DNA from: Octopus vulgaris
Taxonomy: Eukaryota
Direction: 5' to 3'
Length of the DNA stretch: 64,000 nt
Assembly (NCBI GenBank): GCA_951406725.2
Contig: OX597823.1
Coordinates: forward strand, 14,198,001 to 14,262,000
In this document: positions 1-12,714 of the stretch, piece by piece
Layout: the number at the start of each line of letters is the position of its first letter
How positions within the stretch are numbered: the stretch's first letter is position 1
Translations under genes and position numbers: made by a program
Notes under the pieces: generated by a model
Databases searched by the model: none
Told to the model about the DNA's origin: nothing
Seen by the model: only the letters and a program-made list of their open reading frames with translations

Positions 1-1342
1 TCACCAAATGTTCCGAGAATTTCTTTGCTTCATATGGTGTCCAATAAACTGAGCTGCTTGTAATTAAGATTTTTGATGATCTTATCTCATCTAATGACTT
101 CTACATCTGTCACTCTAAGCAGGGCACCTTCAGCATTCACAAAACTAAAAACTATTTTACTAACCCCAATTTTCCCAAAGAAATGAAAGGTGAAATCAGA
201 GACAAAGATTTGAAACCAAAACATACAGGAATGATTTAAACATTTCATCTCCTATACAACTGTATCTTCCATCATATTACAAGTATAATTAACAATTATT
301 AAATATTAACACAATAATCATAGTTACACACACATACACACACACACACACATACTTCATCTGTACATCACTGATATTTCTTAAAGAGAACCTGGATGGA
401 TGCAAGGCAAAGTCAATCGTGACCAAGATTTTGAGCTAATATCGTAAAAGAGACAGAAGTAAATGTAAGATATTTTAATTCTGTACTCTACAAGGGTTAT
501 AATGAAGACCGTACTCAGTACTCTACTGAAATTACAATTCAGCCAGAAGTTCAAGACTAGCTCCAAACACTGTGCTGGGATACACACCACCAAAAGTAAG
601 TACAAAGGATTAATAACTGTCACACCCTGCCATAGCCCGTAGTCTCATCACGCTATTGTACCTTATAGAATTCACCACTGGGTACTGGAGTGCACAATAC
701 TGCTCTCGACAAAGCAATGAAGTGGTATAACTAGAGAAACAGATCAGCAGGATTGTGCATGGGTGTTTAAAAGACTAGCTGGATGAGGTCATAGTTCAGA
801 AGGGTCAGAGCTGGATCTATGATTACAACAAACACACTTCATGAGGGACTATTTATCAATAGCACTTTAGTGAGAATGATGTTTACATTCTTGGTATCTA
901 TCAAGCCAACACAGCAGTTTATACATAATCACTTGACTTACAAGATTTTGTAGCCAAATCTCCCTCATATCAAATTTATATTCTCCAAAATAGAAGGATA
1001 CATACTTCTTGAGGCATTCACAAATCAACTAATCTGGGGCCACAAAGGAGCTGAGACAAGGATATGAAACACTGACTTCTTGGTTGCTGGTCTGCAACTC
1101 TTACTATTCCATCATTCATACTTTCCATCTTATTTATCTATTTACATAATTCGCTGTATATTTTTCTATCTTTATAAGTGACTATCTATATTACTGTCTA
1201 TCTATCTATCTGTATAACTATCAATCGATCAAGCCGTCCTATCAATTAAATTTGTCTGACTACATTATCTACCTACATACTTCACAACATATCTATCTAT
1301 GATTCTATCATTCTATCTATCCAACTATCTAATTAATTACAC

Positions 1343-1385
<43 letters not shown>

Positions 1386-1386
<1 letters not shown>

Positions 1387-1800
1387 TCTTTACTCCTTTA
1401 CTTGTTTCAGTCATTTGACTGCGGCCATGCTGGAGCACCACCTTTAATCGAGCAACTCGACCCCGGGACTTATTCTTTTGTAAGCCCAGTACTTATTCTA
1501 TCGGTCTCTTTTGCCGAACCGCTAAGTTACGGGGAGGTAAACACACCAGCATCGGTTGTCAAACGATGTTGGAGGGACAAACACAGACACACAAACATAT
1601 ACACATACACACATATATATATATTCATACATATATACGACGGGCTTCTTTCAGTTTCCGTCTACCAAATTCACTCACAAGGCTTTGGTCAGCCCGAGGC
1701 TATAGTAGAAGACACTTGCTCAAGGTGCCACGCAGTGGGACTGAACCCGGAACCATGTGGTTCGTAAGCAAACTACTTACCACACAGCCACTCCTACGCC
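1386..1800 (-). mobile_element. tRNA-derived SINE family A (full length)
   Basis: A/B-box head (GGCTGTGTGGT..GGTTCAGTCCC), CCTTGGGCAAG core, internal (TA/TG)n, tail ...GACTGAAACAAGTAAA. Confidence 0.85.
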
Positions 1801-3588
1801 TACTCCTATTATACTATATTATATTATATTATACTATATTATATATAAATATATATATATATATATATACATCTTAACTGAACTACATATCTATGTGCTT
1901 AATATATCTGCCTATCTACCTATCAACTACATCTATCTAGCTGTTTAACTACATATCTATCTATCTATATCTATCTATCTATATCTATCTATATCTATAT
2001 ATCTATCTATCTATGTATCTATATCTATCTATCTATCTATCTATCTATATATCTGTGTGTCTCTCTGTCTATCTCAACTTCCACATGTCTTACCCCTGTG
2101 TCTACCCATGTCTACCCATTTCCAAACCCACACAAATATTCTAATGATCACAAATCTTAGTGCTGTGTGATCTTGCAAATAAAAACCATCCATGCTGATG
2201 GTGGTGGTTGCTTAGGATATAGGAATGGTAGTGGACGGTTGCTAGGAGATGTTGAGATGGTAATAGTGGTTGTTGCTAGGGGATATAATAATGCGTGGAG
2301 GGGGCAAGACAGCAGCATGTGTATATGTGTGTGTGTGTTTGTATGTTTCTTTGTGTGTGTGTATTTATGTGTTGATGTGTGAATGCAGATAGAAAATATG
2401 AGAAACAGTGAATCAGAGAGAAGAGAGAGAAAGAGAGAGAGAGAAAGCTAGCTACATGTACTGAGAGAGAAGTAAAGGGAGAGGAAAATGGAGAGTTGGA
2501 AACAAGCGGAGGAGAGAGTGGGTATGGGTAGTTAGAGACAGTTAAAGAGATGGAGAGGAGGGTAATTTAGAGATAAAGCGAGTGAGAGAGAGAGGAGGAG
2601 GAGGTATAGATAAAGAGATAAGGGAGAGAAGTGAGGGGAAAGAGAAAGAGAACCAGACAAAGGAAAAGAGAGGAAGGAGTTACTGAGAAACATGAGAGTC
2701 AAAGAGAGGGAGAGGGAGAGAAAGGAGTCAATGGCGGCGGTGGTGACTGTCTAGATAGAGATTATAGTTGCCAGGCAAGCTGTACTGGTGTATAAATCAG
2801 ACATATGATGATAATATATGCATTGAAAAATGTGTCAATGATGACCATAATGATGGTGATAACGATGATAATGACAATGATGATGATGATGATGATCTCC
2901 TTGCAATAGTGGTGGCATTGGCAATGATGATGATGATGATAATGATGATGATTTGGGTGGTTTTTTTTTGTTTGTTTTTGTTTTTTAGGTCAGTCCACCT
3001 ACGTTGTTGTCAACAGAACCAACAGTACATGCTGAGTGAGCTGTGGTTGCTGTTGTAAGTCCTTGATGTAGTTGTTGTTGTTGTTGTTGTTAAGCTCCAG
3101 TTCAACTCTGATTAAACAGACATATATATGATCAAAGACTTTTACAGCTGTGATCAGTGATCATCGTCCTTTCCTTTCCTTTCTTTCTTTGTCTTGTTCT
3201 TGTTGGTAGTTTAGCCCCAGGTCAAGCCTAATCTTAGCAGACCTATGATCAAATGACTTCCAGCTGTGACCAACCATCCTGATACTGTACCTAACTAGAA
3301 ACTTACTCAAATGTGTATCCCTAATTTTTTTTTTTTTTGAAGTTCCCTCAAAGCTGAACTTTGAGGGAAATATCATTGTTATTTTCACCTAACAGAGGCT
3401 CTTTCAGATGTATTGCTTTTAGTCTCAGATTAGCTCTCGTCCAGCAGATTTACAATAAGGCATTCCAGTCATGACCATCCATAATTACAGTCATGACCAT
3501 CCATTATCTAGTATGTCCTTCCTTTTCTATGAAGGTAGATGTTAAGTGTAGGAAGATTTTGGTACTTTTTCTATCACATTAAATTGAC

Positions 3589-3883
3589 CAAGTTATGGGG
3601 GATGTAAACACACCAGCATCGGTTGTCAAGCGATGTTGGAGGGGCAAACACAGACACACAAACATATACACACAGATACATATATATATACATATATATA
3701 TATATATATGTGTGTATATATATATATATACATACGATGGGCTTCTTTTAGTTTCCATCTACCAAATCAACTCACAAGGCTTTGGTCGGCCCGAGACTAT
3801 AGTAGAAGACACTTGCCCAAGGTGCCACACAGCGGGACTGAACCCGGAACCATGTGGTTCGTAAGCAAACTACTTACCACACA
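3589..3883 (-). mobile_element. SINE family A (partial)
   Basis: Collinear with the other family A copies. Confidence 0.8.
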
Positions 3884-4587
3884 ATATATACATATTTACC
3901 TGTTTCAGCCATTAGATTGCAATCAGGCTAGGGCACCACCTTGTATCTTATACACACACACACACACACATGCTTGATGTGGCTAAGAAGTTGACTTTGC
4001 AACCACAAAGAATTTAAGTCATGTCACAGCATGTTACCAGGGGTCAGGGTTTTCTGCCATAGCTTCAGATTAAGCATACTCACCATTATTATCAACATCA
4101 TATACTGTCTGTCTGTCTTCCTTGCTTACTGGAGTTGAACAGAGTGACAGGATCTAATTAGATGGAGGATGCATTTAGCGCCAAAGTCCATTTTATAGCA
4201 TGGTATCTCCATGGCTAAGTAGTATCTTCTCAATGGAATTTGGCAGATTGAAACAGAGTGTGTGTGTGTAGGTGTGTGTGTGTGTATGTGTGTAGGTGTG
4301 TGTAGTACATCTTTAGATTGTTACTTAGCATAACAATACATGTGTGCATGATGCATGTCAGCATTTATGGTAACAGAAACCTGAAGATCTGTGTTGTTCT
4401 TTATGGTGTCGCTGTATGTCAGTTCAAGACATAGCAGTTCAACACGCAGAGACTGATAAAATGAATATCAAACTAAGACAAGTACTATGGTCAATAATGA
4501 TCGACTAAAAGCTCTTGAAGGTGTCACCCAAACACGGCTGCAGTAACAGGACTAAATCCAGCAACAGAATATAAACAAATGCTTACC

Positions 4588-4619
<32 letters not shown>

Positions 4620-4897
4620 ACATATATACCATCATGTAAGCACAAATATGAAGCATATACACACACTCAAACACTCCATAGAAATTCAGGAATTTAATCA
4701 AACCAACACCCCAACCACCCAACAATTCAACACATGTTACTAAGCAACTCACAAACACATAACAAAGTGGCTGCCAACCTCAGTATTTGGAATACATTTG
4801 GAATAGTTATCTTTGATATCTATTAGCAGTTGGTAAATATACACACTGCACATACAAACACGTGTGTGTGTATGTGTGTGTGTGTATATATATATAT

Positions 4898-5085
4898 AGG
4901 GAGAGTTTACGAAAAAAAACAAAAGACGAAGGCAGGTGGTGTACAAAACAAACAGATGTACTAGTATAATGTTCAGGAATAGAAAAAGGGCTGTTATGTT
5001 TCGAGCCCACACTCTTCTACAGAAAGGGACACAAAAAACAAGGAGAGAAAAAAATGTGTGTAGTGGCTAACGATCTATCAAGGCA
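4898..5085 (-). mobile_element. PLE pseudo-LTR-like repeat family H1 with a variant hammerhead motif
   Basis: The minus strand has CTTT-CTGTAGA-A-GAGT-GTGG-GCTC-GAAA-CATA (~4991-5026). Homologous to the copies at 10572, 56278 and 59300. Sits in (TA)n. Confidence 0.55.
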
Positions 5086-5089
5086 ACTA

Positions 5090-5132
<43 letters not shown>

Positions 5133-5163
<31 letters not shown>

Positions 5164-5310
5164 CCATTTTATGTCTGTTTTCCATGCTAGCATGAATTGG
5201 GCGGTTTGACTGGAGTCTGAGAAGCTGGGGGGCTGCACCAGGCCACAATCTGATCTGGCAGTGTTTCTACCGCTGGATGCCCTTCTTAACGCCAATCACT
5301 CCGAGAGTAT
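5133..5310 (-). mobile_element. Retroposon family C with a (GAT)n tail
   Basis: GGCGTTA.GAAGGGCATCCAGC..CCATGCTAGCATGGAAA motif set. Confidence 0.7.
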
Positions 5311-5334
5311 AGTAATATATATATATATATCTTC

Positions 5335-6156
5335 TTAATCCTTTTTGCCCCTTGTGGAGCATAGGGCCGGTTTCCCGGGCATATAGGTTCCCCACCTGGA
5401 CGGGATGCCAGTCTGTCACAGGTGAGCTGCAAGATGCAAGAGGAAAGAGTGAGAGAAAGTTGTGGTGAAAGACTCAGCAGAATTTCGCCATTACCTTCTG
5501 CTGGAGCCACGTAGAGCTTAGGTGTTTCGCTCATAAACACACACATCGCCCAGTCTGGGATTCGAACCCTCGATCGCTCGACCGCGAATCCGCTGCTCTA
5601 ACCACTAAAAATGTTCCTTCTCAAGCCATGTTAGGCTCATAAGGGTCGATTTCAGTGGAGTAGAAATTCCCCACCTGGATGGGACACCGGTCCAACGCAG
5701 GATTACTCATTTTTGCCAGCTGAGTGGACTGGAGCAATGTGAAATGAAGTGTTTTGCTCAAGAACACAACGCGTTGCCTGATCCAGGAATTGAAACCACA
5801 ACCTTACAATCATGAGTTCAACACCCGAGCCACAAGCCTCCACAATATATATATATATGAAGGCACGTTGCTTGTGATCATAAGGGTCCTGAGTTTGATT
5901 TCTGGCACATTGCGTCCTTGAGCAAGACACTTTATTTCAACCTGCTCCAGTCTATTCAGCTGGCAAAAAATGAATAGTACTCCTATTTCAAAGGGCCAGC
6001 CTTGTCACATTCTGTGTCACCCTGAATCTCTCTGAGAACTACGTAAAGGGCACATGTGTCTGTGGAGTGCTCAGCCACTTGCACGTTAATTTCACAAGCA
6101 AGCTGTTCTGTCAATTGGATCGACTGGAACCCTCATCATTATAACCGATGGAGTGT
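5335..6156. mobile_element. Three tRNA-derived SINE family D copies (5335-5606 minus, 5612-5843 minus, 5858-6156 plus)
   Basis: tRNA-like heads (AGTGGTTAGAGCAGCGG..GGTTCGAATCCC) with different middle and tail modules. Confidence 0.75.
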
Positions 6157-6161
6157 CAGTT

Positions 6162-6202
<41 letters not shown>

Positions 6203-6879
6203 CTGTCTGTCCCCTGGGTATAACTTCAAACTGAATCCTGTTGTGAAGCTTTGGTCTGGGAGTGCAAGAGTTTTGCAAAGTATGGAACCACCTCTCAGCC
6301 ACTCTTGTTCCCAGGTCTGCTCTGACCTGGAGGGGTAGCACTTGTCAGGGTCCCAGATAGGAGTTAACGAACATATATGATGACAATCCATCTGGGCATG
6401 CAGAACCAGAAATACCTTTGATGGGTGTCAGGACATGCAGTAAAGCCACCATGAGTGAGAGACCCCAATTTGTTGTCACAGCATCTTTCTAGGAGAGGAA
6501 CACTTGTGTTTTTATGTGATTACTTGCCATCTTGCATTGCCCTGTCACAAGGTTTTTTACCATGGAGACTCCAGAGTGGCACGCATGATGTACAAGTAAG
6601 TGTTTATCACTATAATCCAGTTATGTGTCCAGATGTCACTATATGGTGACCTCGTTTGTCATTCTATCAAGAGGAAGTCCTACGGCGTCAGAAGAATGGC
6701 AACATGTGCAGACCTAAACAGATGGAAGCACATAGTAAATTACAACTTTCGTCTGTCACCCATGCTTCAAATGACATAGATCTGAACAGGACTAGTCATC
6801 TGAGAGGTTGTGAATGAAAGGTTAGAAATGCCATTGACAACAAGGAAGCAAAAGATGATGGGGCCATCAACATATTACA

Positions 6880-7030
6880 CTGTCTGTTGGGGGAATCCCT
6901 AAGGAAACTAGGAGTAGGTGAATGGCTTGTGAAGGCCATGCATGCTATATATGAAGGAGAAGTCAGCAGGGTAAGAATTAGAAATGGGTTGAGCAATATA
7001 TTTAATGTCCAGGCAGAAATACACCAGGCT
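6880..7030 (+). mobile_element. RTE-clade LINE reverse transcriptase fragment
   Basis: LRKLGVGEWLVKAMHAIYEGEVSRVRIRNGLSNIFNVQAEIHQ, the RTE RT segment before the QG motif. Confidence 0.75.
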
Positions 7031-7099
7031 CACTTCTCCTACTCGTCCAATTTATTAAAGTCTTATGGACAGCGAGGCTCACCAATGGAGAAGTTCTTA

Positions 7100-7388
7100 A
7101 GCAGATAAGGCCAAAAATGTCGCTAGAAGCTAGGATCACCAAGCATAGATTGGCATATTTCAGTCATATTATGCGGAGAAAATCCCTGGAGAAGGACATC
7201 ATGCTCGGAATGGTCAGTGGCAAGAGAGGAAGAGGCCAACCAAGAACCCGCTGGCTTCACACCATCAAGAGTGATACCGGAATGGACATAGCCAATCTGA
7301 AAGAAGCGGCCCAGGATAGAACTGACTGGAGGACACTGATCCAACGAGTTACGGAGAGTCGACTTCAACTGAGCGGATAGAGAGAGAA
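7100..7388 (+). mobile_element. RTE/BovB-type LINE 3' end, 5'-truncated
   Basis: SLEARITKHRLAYFSHIMRRKSLEKDIMLGMVSGKRGRGQPRTRWLHTIK...AAQDRTDWRTLIQRVTESRLQLSG*, then a short GA tail. Confidence 0.88.
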
Positions 7389-7460
7389 GCCATAACAAAG
7401 AAATACAAGGCTGGCTGCCCCTGAGAGTTTCTTTATTCTTAGATCTTATAACAGTATTTA

Positions 7461-7915
7461 CTCTTTTACTCTCTTTTACTTGTTTCAGTCATTTGACTGT
7501 GGCCATGCTGGAGCACCGCCTTTAGTCAAGCAAATCGACCCCCAGGGCTTATTCTTTGTAAGCCTAGTACTTACTCTATCGGTCTCTTTTGCCGAACCGC
7601 TAAGTTATGGAGACCTACACACACCACCATCGGTTGTCAAGCGATGTTGGGAGGACAAAGACAGACACACAAACATACACACACACATACATACATACAT
7701 ACATACATACATACATACATACACACACATATATATATATACATATATAAATACGACGGGCTTCTTTCAGTTTCCGTCTACCAAATCCACTCACAAGGCT
7801 TTGGTCGGCCCGAGGCTATAGTAGAATTCACTTGCCCAAGGTGCCACGCATTGGGACTGAACCCGGAACCATGTGGTTGGTAAGCAAGCTACTTACCACA
7901 CAGTCACTCATACGT
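7461..7915 (-). mobile_element. SINE family A (full length)
   Basis: Collinear with the other family A copies. Confidence 0.85.
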
Positions 7916-7924
7916 CTATTTATA

Positions 7925-8370
7925 GAGGAATTGAAACTAATATTCAAACTATGGAAGAAAATTTGGAATCAAAGGGCTTTAAAGTAAGAAAGAAGACAGA
8001 ACTTTTATATTATCAGAGAAATTGTCATACTTTATCTACAGAAAAGGGGTCAGTAGAAATTTTATAAGGTGTACCCAGGGTAAAAATGTGCAAATCATAG
8101 TTTATGATGAGTAAGGGATGGATGCAAGAAGAATTAGTTATAGTGTGCAAGAGAGATGACTGCAATGGAATGGATATGAGTTGCATATGGACAATGATAG
8201 TAGAATAGGGGAATTGCAGGGTATTCCTAAGTTGATGAAGCCTGTGGAAAAAGGAGACCCAGGAGGACAAGGGATGAAATGGTGAAAACTGATCTGAAAA
8301 TGTTGAGCCTCAAGAAAGGGGATGACGAATCACTGCAATGATTGAAGAGACTTGCAGTACTTGCCATGCT
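7925..8370 (+). mobile_element. Degenerate RTE LINE remnant, probable continuation of 6880-7030
   Basis: EENLESKGFKV..KKTE followed by a GRPRRT..EMVKTDL-like C-terminal motif. Confidence 0.5.
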
Positions 8371-8446
8371 GGAGCATGGCAAAACAAATATTAATATGAT
8401 GAATGTGAGTGAGGAAAGGAGATGAAATATATCTACTTTCAGTTTC

Positions 8447-8481
<35 letters not shown>

Positions 8482-8499
8482 CTCAATACCTCTTTGTTA

Positions 8500-9008
8500 G
8501 CCTTTTAGCATTCATGTTAATCAAACCTTCATCATCATCATCATCATCGTTTAACGTCCATTCTCCATGCTAGCATGGGTTGGACGGTTCGACCGGGGAT
8601 CTGGGAAGCCAGAAGGCTGCACCAGGCTCCGGTCTTATCTGGCAATGTTTCTACAGCTGGATGCCCTTCCTAACGCCAACCACTCCGTGAGTGTAGTGGG
8701 TGCTTTTTACGTGCCACCTGCACTGGTGCCAGGCGAGGCTGGCATCGGCCACGGTCGGATTGGTGCATTTTACGTGCCACCTGCACGGAGGCCAGTCGAG
8801 GCGGCACTGGCTTCGGCCACGATTCGGATGGTGAAGTTTATTTATTCACTTGGTTTTAAATTAATCATGTATTATCAAGATTTCAATGTGATTGTTAATT
8901 TTTAGAATTAGCATTGTAGGAAAGGTGTGAGAGGCTGGATCTGGATGGTTTGGACATAAAACAGGCAGAATATTTAGGCTGGATATAGCCAATTTGAATG
9001 CTAAAGGA
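8500..9008 (-). mobile_element. piggyBac-like MITE P1 interrupted by a family C retroposon
   Basis: P1 body ending GCTAAAGGA-TTAA, with an insert at 8530-8831. Confidence 0.65.
8530..8831 (-). mobile_element. Retroposon family C
   Basis: (GAT)n tail plus internal GGTGGCACGTAAAA subrepeats. Confidence 0.8.
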
Positions 9009-9194
9009 TTAAGCTCACAGCCCCACTTCACCTTTTGATACCTTCTCATCTTCCTATTACTCTCCCTCTTTCCAGTCACCATTTCTGTTCCCTTTATTAT
9101 GCTGTCTGTATAACTAAGGACAGCAGAAGATCTCTCCTACTCACTGTACCATACTTCCCATGAAACTAGGAAGGAACATCAGTGGAGCTGACCA

Positions 9195-9537
9195 TTATGA
9201 GAACTCCTTATGACAGCTCAAAATCTCTCGTGGAAGCGTCATCCAACAAAAATGCAAATATATGGGAAACTACCACCTGTGTCATCTCTTGTGAAAAGTA
9301 GGCGAGTCCAATTTGCTGGACATTGTTGTAGAGCTGAAAACAGGCAATTTCTACTCTTCTCCTCTGGAAGCCATCTACTCACGATACCAGAGGGCACACA
9401 CTCTCCTACCCTGATGTAATCTCCAGGGATACAGGCATCCAGCAACAGGACCTCCATAATGCTATGATGGACCGCAAAGTCTGGCGTAACATGGTAAATT
9501 CCATTGTCTCGACCACGGTCAAACAATGATGATGATG
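9195..9537 (+). mobile_element. RTE-clade LINE 3' end
   Basis: QNLSWKRHPTKMQIYGKLPPVSSLVKSRRVQFAGHCCR...YPDVISRDTG...AMMDRKVWRNMVNSI, then a (GAT)n tail. Confidence 0.85.
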
Positions 9538-9748
9538 GAGCTGACCAATCCTTTCATCTCTGTGACACTCATCTTTGCCTCTCGCTTTCTGTGCCACGCC
9601 ACCCTGTGCAAAGAAAAGACGGCAGAGAATCCACCATATTCAATCTCTACTCAAAGTCTGACAACGGCAGAGTTTGAACTCAGAATGGAAGAAACTGGAA
9701 GAAATACTGCAAAGCATTTAATCAGTGTGCTAACAACTCTGCCATTAA

Positions 9749-9970
9749 CCCTTTCATTACCAACCCGGCTGAAATCGGCTCTGGCTCTGTTGTACAAATG
9801 TCTAGTTTTCATAAGATTTGATTTAAAATTTTCCACCAAACCTTTGTCACAATTAATGTTCCTAACTTCAGCTTAATGATAACTAAGTTAATTTACTAAA
9901 TCCTTTGTTAGATTTAAAATTAATTGAAAGAAACACGGAGCATCTCAAAATAAATACAGTAACGAAATGG
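9749..9970 (-). mobile_element. piggyBac-like MITE family P2
   Basis: TTAA-CCCTTTC ... GAAATGG-TTAA; reverse complement of P2. Confidence 0.85.
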
Positions 9971-10214
9971 TTAACAAAGGAAAGGGACTTAGTTTGTTTG
10001 GAGTGTGTAACTGTAGGGAACAAATCTAACACAATAAAATACATCCATAAAAGAAGGCTCAGGAAGAGGGAGTTTTTTCTTCTAGCATACCAGATAAAAC
10101 ATGTCTGACAGCTTTGAATTTCAACAGATTTTGAAAAAAAACCATCTCTATACAATATATGGAATTCAGACTTCTCAACAATCAGTGATAGGGCTAGTAA
10201 ACCTCGAATCTGAT

Positions 10215-10497
10215 ACGGTAGTGAGGTTAAGAACTTCGCTGCACTGCAACATAGTTTTGGGGTTGTCCCCACAGCACAGCACCTTAAGCAAATGTCTTCA
10301 ACTACATCCCAGATTGAGCAAAGCCTTATGAGTGGATGTGATAGATGGAAACTGAAATAAACCTACTGTGTGTGTATGTGTGTGCACATCTGTGTTTGTC
10401 ACCCCACTATCGCTTGTCAACCAGTAGAATAAGTACTAGGCTTACAAAGAATAAGTCTTGGGGCAGTCAAATGACTGAAACAAGTAAAAGAAGAAAG

Positions 10498-10500
<3 letters not shown>
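10215..10500 (+). mobile_element. SINE family A (old, internally deleted)
   Basis: Degenerate head with a recognisable tail. Confidence 0.6.
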
Positions 10501-10571
<71 letters not shown>

Positions 10572-10576
<5 letters not shown>

Positions 10577-10753
10577 ACTAGCCACTACACATTCTTTATT
10601 TTCTCTCCTTGTTTCTCTCTGTGTTCCTTTCTGTGGAAGAGCATAGGCTCGAAACGTTAAAGACTTTTTCATTTCCCAAGCGTTATACTAATACATCTGT
10701 TTGTTGTCTACACCACCTGTCTTTGTCTTTTGTTTTTTTTTGTGAATTCTCCC
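10572..10753 (+). mobile_element. PLE pseudo-LTR-like repeat family H1 with a variant hammerhead motif
   Basis: CTTT-CTGTGGA-A-GAGC-ATAG-GCTC-GAAA-CG-TT-AAAG at 10627-10662. Flanked by (TA)n/(GA)n. Confidence 0.6.
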
Positions 10754-11051
10754 TATATATATATACACACACACACACATATATATAAATATAATACAAA
10801 TAAAAGGCAGGTGCATGTGGATTTGAAGGAAGTACTCACGTTTCCAAACCATATCACAATAAGAAAGACTGCCCTGCCTTTATGATATAGCCGAACATAA
10901 ACAATCTCAAGTGTTTAGTTCAAGATTCAACAAGTCTTTAAAAGTCAATACAGTTGGGCACTTAAAAGATCTTAATGAATGACATAAAGTACAAAGATGG
11001 AGGTGCAAGTTTTCCCACCAGGGGTGAGATATCAACAGTTAGTAACCAGAT

Positions 11052-11287
11052 TTAAGGCAGCGAGCTGGCAGAAACGTTCGCACGCCGGGTGAAATGCGTA
11101 GCCGTATTTCGTCTGCCGTTACATTCTGAGTTCAAATTCTGCCGAGGTCGACTTTGCCTTTCATCCTTTCGGGGTCGATAAATTAAGTACCAGTTACGTC
11201 CTGGGGTCAATATAATCGACTTAATCCATTTGTCTGTCCTTGTTTGTCCTCTCTGTGTTTAGCCCCTTGTGGGTAGTAAAGAAATAG
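11052..11287 (+). mobile_element. tRNA-derived SINE family B
   Basis: GGCAGCGAGCTGGCAGAA..GAGTTCAAATT head, GCCTTTCATCCTTTCGGGGTCGATAAA core, 14-bp TSD GTTAGTAACYAGAT. Confidence 0.88.
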
Positions 11288-12221
11288 GTTAGTAACTAGA
11301 TATACTGTTTCCTACCTGGTTGGCATTAATTGGCCTTCGGAAGGATAGCAGAATTAGCAATGGTATCAGAGAATTAGAAAGGGTATCAGAGAATGCTTCC
11401 TTGTGTTTATGACAGAGGTCTGTGAGAGAAAGACCAACATTGATAGAAAATTTTTGAAAAACAAAAGAGATGCGGCTTAGTTGGAATGGTTGGAGCTACA
11501 CTTGGTTTGCTGTAGGCATTACATGGCTAATGGAAAGGGAAAACTTGCAACAGATTGGGGGCCCAAAAGAACCTGGTAACCTCTTGGTGGCATCAATACT
11601 GCATGGTGCTCTATGGGGGCAGGCAGTAATACACTTGAAAGATGACAGAAATGTTTATCTCCATTCAGTAGCAAACTGCATGCAACATAAATATGTGTGT
11701 ATGTGTGTGTGTGTGTGTTTGTGTGCATAAAGCAGTAAAAAGATTTCCAATGTAATCCGGTCGGTAATCCATTGTAAAGTTCCAAGATGAAAATCGAAGT
11801 TGGGGACCCAAGGTCAAATCTGAGGAAATCCACAGAAGAGTTTTATACACAAAACATTTAAAAGAACACAGAATCAATAAAGTTTGCCAAAGCACTTCAA
11901 TAAAGAAAGAGAGCAGGTTAACATTTCAGGCATTTTCTTTCTTCTCAGCACCATCTTGCTTTTCGCCTTCTGGATTTAAGCTACTTCATCATCTTGGATT
12001 GTGCCATGCTCACTGGCACCTTTTTAATCATCATCTTGATTCTTTACTAAATTCCCCCAAAAAATTTTTACCATTTTCTTTAACTTTTTTTCCCATTAAG
12101 GAATTCAAACATATTTATCTCACTCTGAAATTTTATCATAACACTTTTCTCTTTTTTTTCATAGCTATGCACCTGAAAGACTTTTACTTGTGCGCGCACA
12201 TACACATACATGCACACACAC

Positions 12222-12262
<41 letters not shown>

Positions 12263-12370
12263 GGCAGCAGTAAGCAATGTGTACCAAAAAGGAAGACTAT
12301 AACCATTATTAAATGACTGAGGATGTTAGAAACACACACATTTCTAGCAATGTAGGTCCTTCTATGTATA

Positions 12371-12455
<85 letters not shown>

Positions 12456-12461
12456 ATGTAT

Positions 12462-12626
12462 ATGACGGGCTTCTTTCAGTTTCCGTCTACCAGATCCAAT
12501 CACAAGGCTTTGGTAGATCTAAGGTTATACTCAAAGGCACATGCCCAAGGTGTCATGCAGTGAGACTGAACTCAGAACCAAGTGGTTGGGAAGCAAACTT
12601 CTTTCCACACAGTCACGTCTGCACCT
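12462..12626 (-). mobile_element. SINE family A (5' half)
   Basis: Head and core up to the internal microsatellite. Confidence 0.7.
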
Positions 12627-12714
12627 ATATGTGTATGTGTGAGTCGTCTAAGAGTCCATAAGTCTGGGAAAAGATGCACTCATATATCTGTCGATAGAGT
12701 GGGTATATAGCCCA

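Noticed and set aside
1402-1877. Recurrent ORFs such as MFQSFDCGHAGAPPL..., [13 protein letters not shown]... and VVGAFYVPPA
   Set aside because: Incidental frames of SINE families A and C, frameshifted differently in each copy.
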